The notes below the pieces were generated by a model. That model searched no databases. It was not told the origin of the DNA and was given only the letters and a program-made list of their open reading frames with translations. Shown here piece after piece: positions 9,516-19,583 of a DNA stretch of 64,000 bases. Source of the stretch: an uncultured Bacilli bacterium (GTDB lineage: Bacteria; Bacillota_I; Bacilli_A; RF39; UBA660); NCBI GenBank assembly GCA_934096295.1, contig CAKOLL010000001.1, positions 180,229-244,228 of the forward strand, written 5' to 3'. Each line of letters starts with the position of its first letter. The stretch's first letter is position 1. The position numbers and the translations under genes are program-made.

Positions 9516-9998
9516 TTATTTTTCTCTTGCTAACTTTATATTAGTTGTTTTTCTAAAGTTTTCTGTTTCTCTTTCTAATAGACTTTCAGGTATAATAGAT
9601 AAACCTAATTCATTACTTATTTTTTCACAGAAATAAGAATTGATTATAATATCTTCAGAAAGTTCTTTATATTTCTTGCTTTTATCTTCATCTTCTAAAA
9701 CTGGTAAACCTTTTGAAAACACATTGTGATGTTCTATTAGACAGTTTTTATTTAAAGTAATTCCACTTGGAAGAAGCATAATACTATCTTCATGAATAAT
9801 AATTCTAAATATTCTACCCGTTATGACATCAATGCTATTTCCAGATGTATTTTGAGACTTTAATTTTTCAATATATAATTCTTCCGGAGATGTTATCTTG
9901 GTTTTAACAAATACTATTTGACCATATTCATCAATGACTTTTCTCCAACAAACAACTCCTTGTACATTTAATACATAACCTTGCCATTTATTTAACAT
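9516..9998 (-). CDS. Hypothetical protein
   Basis: 160 aa ORF with no recognisable motifs. Sits between the MBOAT/SGNH pair and ileS. Confidence 0.45.
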   Translation of the reverse strand: MLNKWQGYVLNVQGVVCWRKVIDEYGQIVFVKTKITSPEELYIEKLKSQNTSGNSIDVITGRIFRIIIHEDSIMLLPSGITLNKNCLIEHHNVFSKGLPVLEDEDKSKKYKELSEDIIINSYFCEKISNELGLSIIPESLLERETENFRKTTNIKLAREK

Positions 9999-10013
9999 TT
10001 TTAACCCTCCTTG

Positions 10014-10940
10014 TTATTTTGCAATTTCTTCTTCGTACCTTTCTAAAGCTCTATCCCAAAGTTTGTAATTTTTGTCTTTGCGATGATCCGTTAAAAGGTT
10101 TGTATCTCGCAGTATATTTCCTACAAATTCTGATGCTTTTAAAGCTCCGTAGTAATTTAAATGTCCCCCTTTATCTTTGGTATCAGTTACCCAATCAATA
10201 TTTAAATCATAATTATTCAAATTAATATAGGTAAAATTATATTCTTCACTTAATTTTTTTATTGCTTGATCTTTTTGATAATTCCATGTATCTTGAGATG
10301 GAAAACCAATTACAATTAATTTTGTATTATAGGAATTTGCTAAATCTACAAACATTTTTAAATATTCTTTATTTGCATCTATTAGTTTGTATTCTTTATT
10401 ATTTTTTTCCATGTATTTTTTTGGTTTACTTGGAATTTGTGTCTTATTTAATTTATATCCTTTTTGAATACTCATTATGCCATAATCTGAAAACAAAATA
10501 TTTTTCCAGTTATTGTGATAGTTTAAAAGTGGCATAATATTTTTAAGCATCCTTTCATATTTTATGTACCAACGTCTTTTTCTTGTATCACGGAAAAACA
10601 TGTTAGCACCCACTAAAACAACTTTAGGACGTTGACTTTCTAAAGCAACTTTATAATAATCATATGCATCTGGAAGAATAAAGGCTGCTTCAGCACAATC
10701 AAATACTGTGTAGCCAAATTTTTTATAAATTTCCATTGGTATTACTGATGAATATACTAAAGAGTCCCCTACTACGATGGCATCAATCGAATTCTTTTTT
10801 TCTCCTAAAATTTCATATTGTGCAGTTTTAATTAAACCGAAATCTTTAATATTTTCTTTGGGAAGCAAAGCGTATGAAAATCCGTAATAAAGAAAAATAA
10901 ATATCGCTATAAATAATATACTTTTTAATAAATTTTTCAT
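10014..10940 (-). CDS. SGNH/GDSL-like hydrolase or acyltransferase partner of MBOAT (DltD/PatB-like), membrane-anchored
   Basis: 308 aa with N-terminal TM. GDS motif AIVVGDSLVYSS near the N-terminus. Immediately downstream of the MBOAT gene. Confidence 0.6.
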   Translation of the reverse strand: MKNLLKSILFIAIFIFLYYGFSYALLPKENIKDFGLIKTAQYEILGEKKNSIDAIVVGDSLVYSSVIPMEIYKKFGYTVFDCAEAAFILPDAYDYYKVALESQRPKVVLVGANMFFRDTRKRRWYIKYERMLKNIMPLLNYHNNWKNILFSDYGIMSIQKGYKLNKTQIPSKPKKYMEKNNKEYKLIDANKEYLKMFVDLANSYNTKLIVIGFPSQDTWNYQKDQAIKKLSEEYNFTYINLNNYDLNIDWVTDTKDKGGHLNYYGALKASEFVGNILRDTNLLTDHRKDKNYKLWDRALERYEEEIAK

Positions 10941-10949
10941 ATGTCCTCC

Positions 10950-12527
10950 CTAAAAATCTGCATACATTGGATCAACTGGTTCATATCCTGGTCCAAATGC
11001 TCCGAAAATAAGAATTGAAAATATTAAAACATAAAATATTATCCATCTTATGACAATGGGCTTTTTAGAAATATTTTCTCTTATATTAATATCTTTTTCA
11101 CGTTTTATACCTATTATAAATACTGCAAGTAATGATATAACTAGGATGAAACAATCTGGTATATCTAAACCTAGAGATGATAATTCAAACGAACTTACTT
11201 TAAAACTTGTAAATATTTTTTTAATCATAATGAAAGCATCTTTAACTGTATTTGAATTGAAAATTAATTCCCCAATAATTACTAAAAATGTGGTTTTTAG
11301 TATTTGCATTACATGAAGAATTTTGGATTTTGAAATATTTAATTTTATATATAATTTGTTAAAATAAGGTCTTGTAATATTACCTATCGAAATCATGATA
11401 AAATGATATAGTCCAAATAATATATAAGTCCAACCAGCACCATGCCATAAGCCATTAAGTAACCAAACCACTAAAAGAGCAATTGTGCCACTTAATAAAG
11501 GCCCATAATGATTTCCAAGAGATTTTCTTAATTTTAAAGTTAAATTTTTCATTGGTTTTGATAAAGAAATTGGATAATATATATAATCTTTAAACCAGGC
11601 CCCTAGACTAATATGCCATCTTGTCCAAAATTCTGAAATGTTTTTACTGAAAAACGGTTGTTTAAAGTTTTCTGGAACACGTACTTTAAAAATATCCCCG
11701 ATACCTAAGACAACATCCATAGCCCCTGAAAAATCCATATATAACATTATGGTATAACATATGGCACCTAAAAATATGATTGGTCCTGAGAAATTTTCAT
11801 ATCCGTTAAAGACTGTTTTTACTAAGATATTAAGACGATCAGCAATAATTATTTTTTTAAATAGGCCCCAAAGGATTCTTTGTAAACCATAACACAAACT
11901 ATCATATGTTATTTTTTCACCTTTAAATAAATCTTCTGCTGTATCACTATATCTTGTGATTGGTCCTTCCATAATGCTTGGAAAAAAAGACATAAACAAG
12001 GCTACTCTAAAATAATTTTTATCTGCATCTTGTTTATTATTATAAACATCAAATAAATATGATAAAGCTTGTAAAGTGTAGAATGATATACCTATCGGTG
12101 CTATTAGTTTTATAATACTAAATTCATAACTCATATTAAATAAGTTTAATATGTAGTTTAGGTTTAAGGTAAAGAATTTTAAATATTTAAAAATAAATAA
12201 GAAAGAAATATTAAATAATAAGCATAGTATTAAAATTATTCTTTTTTTCTTTTGAAATTTATGTTTTATTATCTTTTTATCTTCTTCTTTAATCTCTTTT
12301 AAAGTTTCTTTTTTCTCTTTTTCTATTCTAGACATTATAATCGTAGATATATAAATAGATGTTATAGTTAATAATAAAAACACAATTAACCATTTACTCA
12401 TTAAAGAAAAAAATAGCCAACTAAAGATTAACAAATAAAAAGGGCGAATCTTTTTGGGAAATAAATTATAAAAAATAATAACTATTAAAAACAATAAATT
12501 GTAATATCTATTTAATAAATCATGCAT
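10950..12527 (-). CDS. MBOAT family membrane-bound O-acyltransferase (DltB/AlgI/PatA-like)
   Basis: 525 aa polytopic protein. Conserved MBOAT His motif WTRWHISLGAWFKDYIYYPIS. N-terminal extra TM and lysine-rich segment. Confidence 0.85.
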   Translation of the reverse strand: MHDLLNRYYNLLFLIVIIFYNLFPKKIRPFYLLIFSWLFFSLMSKWLIVFLLLTITSIYISTIIMSRIEKEKKETLKEIKEEDKKIIKHKFQKKKRIILILCLLFNISFLFIFKYLKFFTLNLNYILNLFNMSYEFSIIKLIAPIGISFYTLQALSYLFDVYNNKQDADKNYFRVALFMSFFPSIMEGPITRYSDTAEDLFKGEKITYDSLCYGLQRILWGLFKKIIIADRLNILVKTVFNGYENFSGPIIFLGAICYTIMLYMDFSGAMDVVLGIGDIFKVRVPENFKQPFFSKNISEFWTRWHISLGAWFKDYIYYPISLSKPMKNLTLKLRKSLGNHYGPLLSGTIALLVVWLLNGLWHGAGWTYILFGLYHFIMISIGNITRPYFNKLYIKLNISKSKILHVMQILKTTFLVIIGELIFNSNTVKDAFIMIKKIFTSFKVSSFELSSLGLDIPDCFILVISLLAVFIIGIKREKDINIRENISKKPIVIRWIIFYVLIFSILIFGAFGPGYEPVDPMYADF

Positions 12528-12596
12528 AATACGTACTCCTTTACATGTTTTTTTTAGTAAATTTATTATATCATGAAATAGTTTATAATACTAGAA

Positions 12597-12622
12597 AAAA
12601 GATAATGCCTTGGCATTATCCT
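12597..12622 (-). terminator. Terminator after the serpin gene
   Basis: GATAATGCC-AAG-GCATTATC hairpin followed by T6 on the minus strand. Confidence 0.55.
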
Positions 12623-12624
12623 CA

Positions 12625-14181
12625 TTAATTACTTTCTGTATATTCTGTAGGTTCGTATACAGTACCAGCAAACCAAACGTCTTTTGTGTTTTTATCACGA
12701 ATTAAGAACATAAATGGTTTATCAAATGTTATATCTATTTCTTTAACTGGTACTTTGTAAATATAGTCAAATCCACAAGATGTATCTCCGGCTCCTCCCC
12801 CTTCGGTAGCAGCAGCAGCTTTTATTCCTTCATTCGAAAATTCAATATTTGCTTTATGTTTTATTTCACTTATGTATGCGCTTTTGTCACTTGTTAAATT
12901 TAGTAAAGAGGCATGAGCTGGTTCAAAAACATTTTTTATACCTAAATCTTTTAAATTATTTTTTAAGTCTAGGGCATATTCAAACTTATAAAGAGGTATT
13001 AAACCACGAATACTTGTAATTACACCTTTTTCAAAATTATTTAGTTCAATAGCTTTTAATTTAGAGATATAATCATTTAATTTATCTTTATCTGTGTTTT
13101 TTATAAAACTATCTAAAGATTCAGTTCTAGGCATAAATGCTATATATTCTAATGATAGTTCATTATAATCTTTTAATTCTTTTTGAAAAACTTTAATATT
13201 ATCATCAATATAGAATGTGTAGTCTGTTGATGTTGCAACATCTTTATAGTTCTTATATATTTCTTTTATATAATTATCTAAGAATGTTTTAGTATCTTCA
13301 TACGTACTTTGGTCACAATAGTCATGACTAACCCATTCTTCATATTTTTCACCGACGAAATCTCTGATATTTTGTTCTCCGAGTTCACCAACAATATCAT
13401 AATTGTTAATTGCTGAACCTATTTCTACGGCATTTACTTCTTTATCATTAAATTTCAACTTACTGTAAACATCATCCATTATTGGCCCAATATACATAGC
13501 ATATTCTTCATGGGCATAACTTACTCCGAAATCCATTCCAGTATATGAGTGCTTTTCATCAAAGAATTCTTTGCCATTTATAGGTTGAATTGGATTTTTC
13601 CATTCCATATCAATAGCTAGAGCATTAATTAGTAAGAAATTTAGGTCTGAGACATCTTCGAGTAAATTTGGAATCAAACCAAAAGTCTTATTTTTAACCC
13701 ATTTATTAACGTTATCTGGAGTTTTAAAGGCATCATATATAATTTCGGCATTACAATTATCTTTTAATAATTTAATGTAGGAATCTTTAACACTCTTTTT
13801 ATATGAATCTTTAATAAACATGGAATTAGCAAGAGATGCATTCATAGTATTTGTATATTTTTTAGCTTGGAAATTACCTAAAACATTTTCTATTTCCGTG
13901 TGGGCATTATCTGTTGTGGCATCACTAAGCATACTTAAAGCATATTTTATGGAAAGCGGACTATAAACGATATTTTTATTTTTTCCACCAGTTTTCATAA
14001 AGTATAAATCAAATGCACTTAAAGCATTATCATTTATTTTATATGCTGAGTTATTATTAACAACTGATGTATCAAATTTATCATTTTTATTTTTAGTTAG
14101 TAATAAATATATAACTAAAGCAATTAATAAACTTAGCACAATACTTGATATAATTATTATTTTCTTTTTATTCTTTTTCAT
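12625..14181 (-). CDS. Serpin family serine protease inhibitor with N-terminal membrane anchor or signal
   Basis: 518 aa. N-terminal TM (IIIISSIVLSLLIALVIYLLL). Serpin N-terminal signature IVYSPLSIKYALSMLSDATTDN and breach region FLLINALAIDMEWKNP. Reactive-centre loop and hinge EGIKAAAATEGGGAG, then C-terminal FDKPFMFLIRDKNTKDVWFAGTVYEP. Confidence 0.8.
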   Translation of the reverse strand: MKKNKKKIIIISSIVLSLLIALVIYLLLTKNKNDKFDTSVVNNNSAYKINDNALSAFDLYFMKTGGKNKNIVYSPLSIKYALSMLSDATTDNAHTEIENVLGNFQAKKYTNTMNASLANSMFIKDSYKKSVKDSYIKLLKDNCNAEIIYDAFKTPDNVNKWVKNKTFGLIPNLLEDVSDLNFLLINALAIDMEWKNPIQPINGKEFFDEKHSYTGMDFGVSYAHEEYAMYIGPIMDDVYSKLKFNDKEVNAVEIGSAINNYDIVGELGEQNIRDFVGEKYEEWVSHDYCDQSTYEDTKTFLDNYIKEIYKNYKDVATSTDYTFYIDDNIKVFQKELKDYNELSLEYIAFMPRTESLDSFIKNTDKDKLNDYISKLKAIELNNFEKGVITSIRGLIPLYKFEYALDLKNNLKDLGIKNVFEPAHASLLNLTSDKSAYISEIKHKANIEFSNEGIKAAAATEGGGAGDTSCGFDYIYKVPVKEIDITFDKPFMFLIRDKNTKDVWFAGTVYEPTEYTESN

Positions 14182-14190
14182 TTATTCTCC

Positions 14191-15009
14191 TTATTTTTGG
14201 CATTTTGGACAGAAATATGTACTTCTTCCACCGATTTTTATATTTTCAATTAACGTATGACATTTTTTACAAGGCTCCCCTTCTTTTTTATGAACCATTA
14301 AGTGACTTTGAAATCTACCTGTTACCCCGAGGGATGATGTATAACTTTTAATAGTGGTTCCTCCATTTTTGATAGCTTCATTTATTATTTTTATGGATGA
14401 TGCTACAATATTTTTACATTCATCTAATGTGATATCGCAACCTAGTCTTGTAGGATTTATACCGGATGCAAATAATACTTCGTTTGCATAAATGTTACCT
14501 AAGCCACTTATGATGGTTTGGTCTAACAATAGTGTTTTTATAGGTATTTTTTTATTGTGAATATGTTCATATAAATAAAGTTCGTTTAGATCTTTGCTAT
14601 TAGCTTCGATACCTTGTTTTTTTATTGCTTCAACTTTATCAAGTTCACTTTTTTTAACAAGATTCATTCTTCCAAATTTTCTAGTATCATGGTATCTTAA
14701 ATCACTTGAATCTTCAAAAGTTATTATTATGTGTTCATGTTTTACGATTTTTTCACTACTTTTTTTAACAAAATACTTTCCTTCCATTCTTAGATGACTA
14801 AGTAAATAATAGTCACCAAGATCAAACATTAACCACTTACCTATTCTATCTATATCTATAAATTTTCTTCCAACAAGTATTTTTTTAAAATCATTTATAT
14901 CACTTTCAATTATCTTTGGATATATAATTTTTACATCCACAATTTTTTTATTTAAAATCATATGTTTTAATGTATTTCTTACTGTTTCTACTTCTGCTAT
15001 TTCTGGCAT
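14191..15009 (-). CDS. mutM: Formamidopyrimidine-DNA glycosylase
   Basis: MPEIAEVETVRNTL has the catalytic Pro2 and Glu3. C-terminal zinc finger CKKCHTLIENIKIGGRSTYFCPKCQK. Confidence 0.92.
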   Translation of the reverse strand: MPEIAEVETVRNTLKHMILNKKIVDVKIIYPKIIESDINDFKKILVGRKFIDIDRIGKWLMFDLGDYYLLSHLRMEGKYFVKKSSEKIVKHEHIIITFEDSSDLRYHDTRKFGRMNLVKKSELDKVEAIKKQGIEANSKDLNELYLYEHIHNKKIPIKTLLLDQTIISGLGNIYANEVLFASGINPTRLGCDITLDECKNIVASSIKIINEAIKNGGTTIKSYTSSLGVTGRFQSHLMVHKKEGEPCKKCHTLIENIKIGGRSTYFCPKCQK

Positions 15010-15019
15010 ACTTTTTACC

Positions 15020-15712
15020 TCACTTTACTAACCAAGAGAATAATTCGTTATCTTCAAGAATTTCCGGATGAAATTGAACTCCTAGAATAAAATCATCATA
15101 TTCAATTTCTTCGATAATCTCATTACATGCAGCATTTATTTTAATACTTTTTGAAGTTCTAGATACAATACTAGAATGAAGACTCACAACATCCAAAGTA
15201 TCACATTTATAAATTTTATATAACAAACTATCTTTTTTAATATTAATTTTATGTTTAGCATTATTAACTGTATTTATATCTTTAGTAACGTGCCTACGAT
15301 GAAAAGTATCATCATCTAGTCTTTTTAAATATGGATTACAAACTTTATAGTGTTCATATATTTTTGCATAATCTTGTTCATTTAGATTTTTACTATCTTC
15401 AAGAATGTTAAAATATGTATTAATTGATTGCATTCCTAGACATATGCCTAGAACTTTTTTATGATTCTTAATAGCATCATCTAATAAGTAATAAAATTCA
15501 TGACGGATTTTTGTTCCTCCGGGCCATAGATAAGCATCACAAATATCAGCATATTCTTTGATGTCTTTATCAAGCAAACCAATGGGTATTCCTCCACATG
15601 ACTTTATTTTATTAATATACATTGTAACAAAACTTGCTCTATCTTGATAAGGATCATTATCTATATCATGCAAATTAAATGTAGGAATAATTCCAATTAC
15701 TTTTTTCTTCAT
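15020..15712 (-). CDS. Class I glutamine amidotransferase-like / peptidase C26 (gamma-glutamyl hydrolase family)
   Basis: 230 aa with GICLGMQ nucleophile-elbow motif and C-terminal GVQFHPE. Confidence 0.75.
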   Translation of the reverse strand: MKKKVIGIIPTFNLHDIDNDPYQDRASFVTMYINKIKSCGGIPIGLLDKDIKEYADICDAYLWPGGTKIRHEFYYLLDDAIKNHKKVLGICLGMQSINTYFNILEDSKNLNEQDYAKIYEHYKVCNPYLKRLDDDTFHRRHVTKDINTVNNAKHKINIKKDSLLYKIYKCDTLDVVSLHSSIVSRTSKSIKINAACNEIIEEIEYDDFILGVQFHPEILEDNELFSWLVK

Positions 15713-18267
15713 TATTTTGCCTCATACCAGTTTATGCCTGTATCTATTTCAACTTTTAGGGGAGCCTCTAGTTTGTATACGCCTTCCATTTCTTCTTTGA
15801 CAATTTGTTTTATTTTTTCTAGTTCACTATTTTTACAATCTACGATTATTTCATCATGAACTTGAAGAAGAATTTTACTAGTAATACCTTCTTTAATGAA
15901 TCTGTTATAAACATTTATCATGGCAAGTTTCATAATATCAGCGCTGGTTCCTTGAATTGGTGTATTCATGGCCATACGTTCTCCCATTTGACGAATTAAA
16001 TAGTTGGGATTATTTATTTCTTCAATTATTCTTGTTCTACCAAATAAAGTTGTAACACTTCCTGTTTCTTTAGCTTCAGCGATTTTTTTATCAGTATAAG
16101 CTTTAACCTCTGGATAAAGAATATGAAATTTATTAATAAACTCATCTGCATCTTTTTTTGAAATATGAAGATTTTCTCCAAGACCAAAGCCACTTATACC
16201 ATAAATGATACCAAAAATTACTGCTTTAGCACAGCGACGCATTGTTTTTGTTACAGCTTCTTCAGGTACTCCGAATACTTCACTTGCTACATGAGTATGA
16301 ATATCTTCATCATTTTTAAAAGCTTCGATTAGGCTTGGACAATTAGATAATGATGCCATAACTCGTAATTCAACTTGACTATAATCTGCACTTAAAAGAA
16401 CGTCATTACTTGGTAAAAAGGCTTTTCTTATTTTTCTTCCTAATTCTTCACGAACAGGTATATTTTGTAAATTGGGTTCTGTTGATGATAATCTTCCTGT
16501 TCTTGTTAGGGTTTGCTTATATATTGTATGAATTTTACCATCACTTAAAATATAGTTTCCTAATCCTTCGATATATGTACTTTTTAACTTAGCAAGGTTA
16601 CGATACTCAAGAATTTTTTCAATGATTGGGTGTTTATCTATCAATTTTTCTAAAACTTTAACATCTGTTTTATATCCAGTTTTATTTTTCTTCCCCTTCG
16701 CTATCTCTAATTTTTCAAATAATATTTCTCCGAGTTGTTTTGGGCTGCCAATATTAAATGTTTGACCTGCCAAATTATAAATCTCATTTGTTAATAATTC
16801 TAATTTTACTTCAAGTTCTAAAGACATTTCTTTTAAAACATCATTATTACATACAATACCAGTTATTTCCATATCTGCTAGAACGTATAATAACGGCATC
16901 TCGATTTTTTCATATAGATTATAAGCATTTGAATCTTTTAGTTTTTTTGTATAATCATTTTTTGAATTAAATATAAATCTACATCTTTTAACAACCTCGG
17001 ATGCTATATTTGCAAATTTTTCTTTTTTCATATTATCATAGTATTTATAATCTTCATTATTTTGGTTTGCTAAATATGCTAAATCATCTTTGATATTTAA
17101 GTTTAGTAAATAAGCCATAATCATAATATCGTCTTGGCAATTAATCTTTATTTTGGTATTACATATTATTTTTTTAGCATCGTAACAAATTATCTTTTTA
17201 TCTTTAATTTTATTTAATATATTTAAAACCTTTTCTTTTTCTATATGATAATTTTTATTGGCATCACAAATAGACATGGCAACAATATTTGCAGTGTGAT
17301 AGTTTTCATTATCAAGTATTAATTCAATAGCAAGTTCATTTCCTAGGGAAGATGGATCAATATCTTTAATAGTTTCAAATTCTAGTGTTTCTTCTTTTTT
17401 TACTGTTGTCATGTTTTTTAGAAATGAGAAAAATTCTAAATCTTTAAAAAGATTTATTAAATCATCAGTTATTATATTTTCATATTTTAAATCTTCAAGA
17501 ACAATATTTAAGGGAACATCTCTATAAATAGTTGCTATTTTTTTACTTATAAAAGCCATTTCTTTGTCTGCCACTAACTTTTCTTTTGTTTTTCCTGTGA
17601 CAGAATCAATATTATCGTATAAATTTTCTAGAGATTTATATTCTTGTAAAAGTTTTAAAGCAGTTTTTTCCCCGATTCCTTTAACTCCGGGAATATTGTC
17701 TGATGAATCTCCCATTAAAGCTTTTAGGTCAATCATTCTTATTGGTTCGATGCCATAATCATTAACAAATGTTTCATGATTATATCTAATAAATCCAGTT
17801 TGTTTTAATAATTTAACTTCTGTTTCATCACTAATTAATTGAAGTAAATCCTTATCACTAGATACAATTAGGGATGCAAAATCTTTATCACTTTCAGTCA
17901 TTTTTACTATTGTACCTACGATATCATCAGCTTCATATGGAGCAAGTTCAAAATGTTTAATTCCCATTTTATCTAAAATATCACGTGCTATAGGCATTTG
18001 CATTTTTAATTCTTCTGGAGTATCTATTCTTCCTTCTTTATAAAAATCATACTCTTCTTTACGAAAGTTTTTTCCTATATCAAAAGCCACAGCCATATAT
18101 GATGGTTTTTCTTCAGCAATTATTTTATTAATCATTGAAACAAAGCCAAATAAGGCGTTTGTGGGAACGCCTTTTGAATTTTTCATCATATTTCCTGTAT
18201 ATGCTGTAGCATAATAACTTCTAAACATTAAATTATTACCATCTACTAATATTAATTTTTTAACCAT
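15712..18267 (-). CDS. polA: DNA polymerase I
   Basis: 851 aa. N-terminal 5'-3' exonuclease (LILVDGNNLMFRSYYA). Pol A family motifs (KRCRFIFN..., QVHDEIIVDC motif C). Confidence 0.92.
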   Translation of the reverse strand: MVKKLILVDGNNLMFRSYYATAYTGNMMKNSKGVPTNALFGFVSMINKIIAEEKPSYMAVAFDIGKNFRKEEYDFYKEGRIDTPEELKMQMPIARDILDKMGIKHFELAPYEADDIVGTIVKMTESDKDFASLIVSSDKDLLQLISDETEVKLLKQTGFIRYNHETFVNDYGIEPIRMIDLKALMGDSSDNIPGVKGIGEKTALKLLQEYKSLENLYDNIDSVTGKTKEKLVADKEMAFISKKIATIYRDVPLNIVLEDLKYENIITDDLINLFKDLEFFSFLKNMTTVKKEETLEFETIKDIDPSSLGNELAIELILDNENYHTANIVAMSICDANKNYHIEKEKVLNILNKIKDKKIICYDAKKIICNTKIKINCQDDIMIMAYLLNLNIKDDLAYLANQNNEDYKYYDNMKKEKFANIASEVVKRCRFIFNSKNDYTKKLKDSNAYNLYEKIEMPLLYVLADMEITGIVCNNDVLKEMSLELEVKLELLTNEIYNLAGQTFNIGSPKQLGEILFEKLEIAKGKKNKTGYKTDVKVLEKLIDKHPIIEKILEYRNLAKLKSTYIEGLGNYILSDGKIHTIYKQTLTRTGRLSSTEPNLQNIPVREELGRKIRKAFLPSNDVLLSADYSQVELRVMASLSNCPSLIEAFKNDEDIHTHVASEVFGVPEEAVTKTMRRCAKAVIFGIIYGISGFGLGENLHISKKDADEFINKFHILYPEVKAYTDKKIAEAKETGSVTTLFGRTRIIEEINNPNYLIRQMGERMAMNTPIQGTSADIMKLAMINVYNRFIKEGITSKILLQVHDEIIVDCKNSELEKIKQIVKEEMEGVYKLEAPLKVEIDTGINWYEAK

Positions 18268-18335
18268 TATAATTCACCCTTACATATAGTTTATCAAAAT
18301 TATTAAGAAAAGTCATTATAATGTGTTAAAATACT

Positions 18336-19517
18336 TTATTTATTTTGGGGTATTCTTTTTAAAGTTATATCTTTTTCGCTACTTAATTGTTCTTCTATTT
18401 TCTCACTGTAAATTTTTAATATTTCAATTTCATCAGAGAAAAATAAATTTAGACCATGGATAATATTGATAAGATCTGTTGCATTCTTTTTTCCTAAACC
18501 AGTGATTAATGGTAGATCTTTTCTTTTAAATTTTATAATATCACCGATAGTTGTTAAATAGTGATGATTTTCACTTAAGGGGTTTACTAATCTTTTTTTA
18601 AATCCTAAACTGTATAGTTTTATAGTTAATAAAGCATCAAGTGGTAATTGTAATTCTAATAGTTTTTGAGTTTTGATATCAATTGAATCAAAATTTGCTA
18701 AGTATGTATCCACCTTTTTGTATAGTGGAACAAAAATCCCTAAGCTTTCTAAATCATACAATAACTCTTTAGAAATTGTTTCATTTGTTGATGTAATAAA
18801 TTTTAAAACATCTCCGGTTGTTTCCAATCTTGTATGGTATTTATATAAATTTCTATAAGGTTCTAACTCGTTATTATGAATTAAAAAACTTGCTCTTAAA
18901 TTTTGTTTATTTGGATATGAAATTGTTAATTTTAAACGTTCTTCTTCAGTTAAATCATCAATAAATTTTAAATTCATATCTGCAATAGGTTTTGAAACTT
19001 CTTTTATTAAAGTTTCAGAAATTTCTAAAGATAATAAATCACTTTTGGCATATGACAATAATTCACTTAAATAACCTATTCCAACCTTTGCAAAAGTCAT
19101 TAAAGTTCTATTGGTTAGTCCTAGCTCACCTAAAGGCATATTTTCTAGACTTTGTTGTTTTTCAGATAGTTCTATAGTACTTGGATTTTTATATTCGCTA
19201 ATACTCTTTGTTTTTATATACATTGAAATAGTTTCTTTTCCTCGAGTTATTATTTGTCTTACTCTTTCTGGAGTTTTAGATATTTTTCTGCTAATTGATC
19301 TTAATGACTCACAATTACCTGTAAGTATTCCAAAATGCAATCTTAAAACATAGGTACCGGTTTCATTTAAAGGTGCTACACAATTCATATTTAAATCAAA
19401 TAGTTTTGTTGTAATATCTTTAATTATTTCTGCTCTTCTTTGAAAGCTTGCTAAATATTCATAATCTTTACCAAAAGTATCTATGGCAATATATTCATAT
19501 AGTTCATTAAAATTCAT
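18336..19517 (-). CDS. Hypothetical protein carrying a sigma-70 region-4-like HTH module
   Basis: 393 aa. Residues around 55-100 (LRLHFGILTGNCESLRSISRKISKTPERVRQIITRG) resemble sigma-70 region 4.1/4.2. HhH-like segments follow (LGELGLTNRTLMTFAKVGIGYLSELL; ITGLGKKNATDLINIIHGL). Confidence 0.5.
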   Translation of the reverse strand: MNFNELYEYIAIDTFGKDYEYLASFQRRAEIIKDITTKLFDLNMNCVAPLNETGTYVLRLHFGILTGNCESLRSISRKISKTPERVRQIITRGKETISMYIKTKSISEYKNPSTIELSEKQQSLENMPLGELGLTNRTLMTFAKVGIGYLSELLSYAKSDLLSLEISETLIKEVSKPIADMNLKFIDDLTEEERLKLTISYPNKQNLRASFLIHNNELEPYRNLYKYHTRLETTGDVLKFITSTNETISKELLYDLESLGIFVPLYKKVDTYLANFDSIDIKTQKLLELQLPLDALLTIKLYSLGFKKRLVNPLSENHHYLTTIGDIIKFKRKDLPLITGLGKKNATDLINIIHGLNLFFSDEIEILKIYSEKIEEQLSSEKDITLKRIPQNK

Positions 19518-19583
19518 ATTTTATCCCCCTTAGTTATAGCTATATTCTATCACAAATACATAATTTTGTCAAAAACTGTAAAG

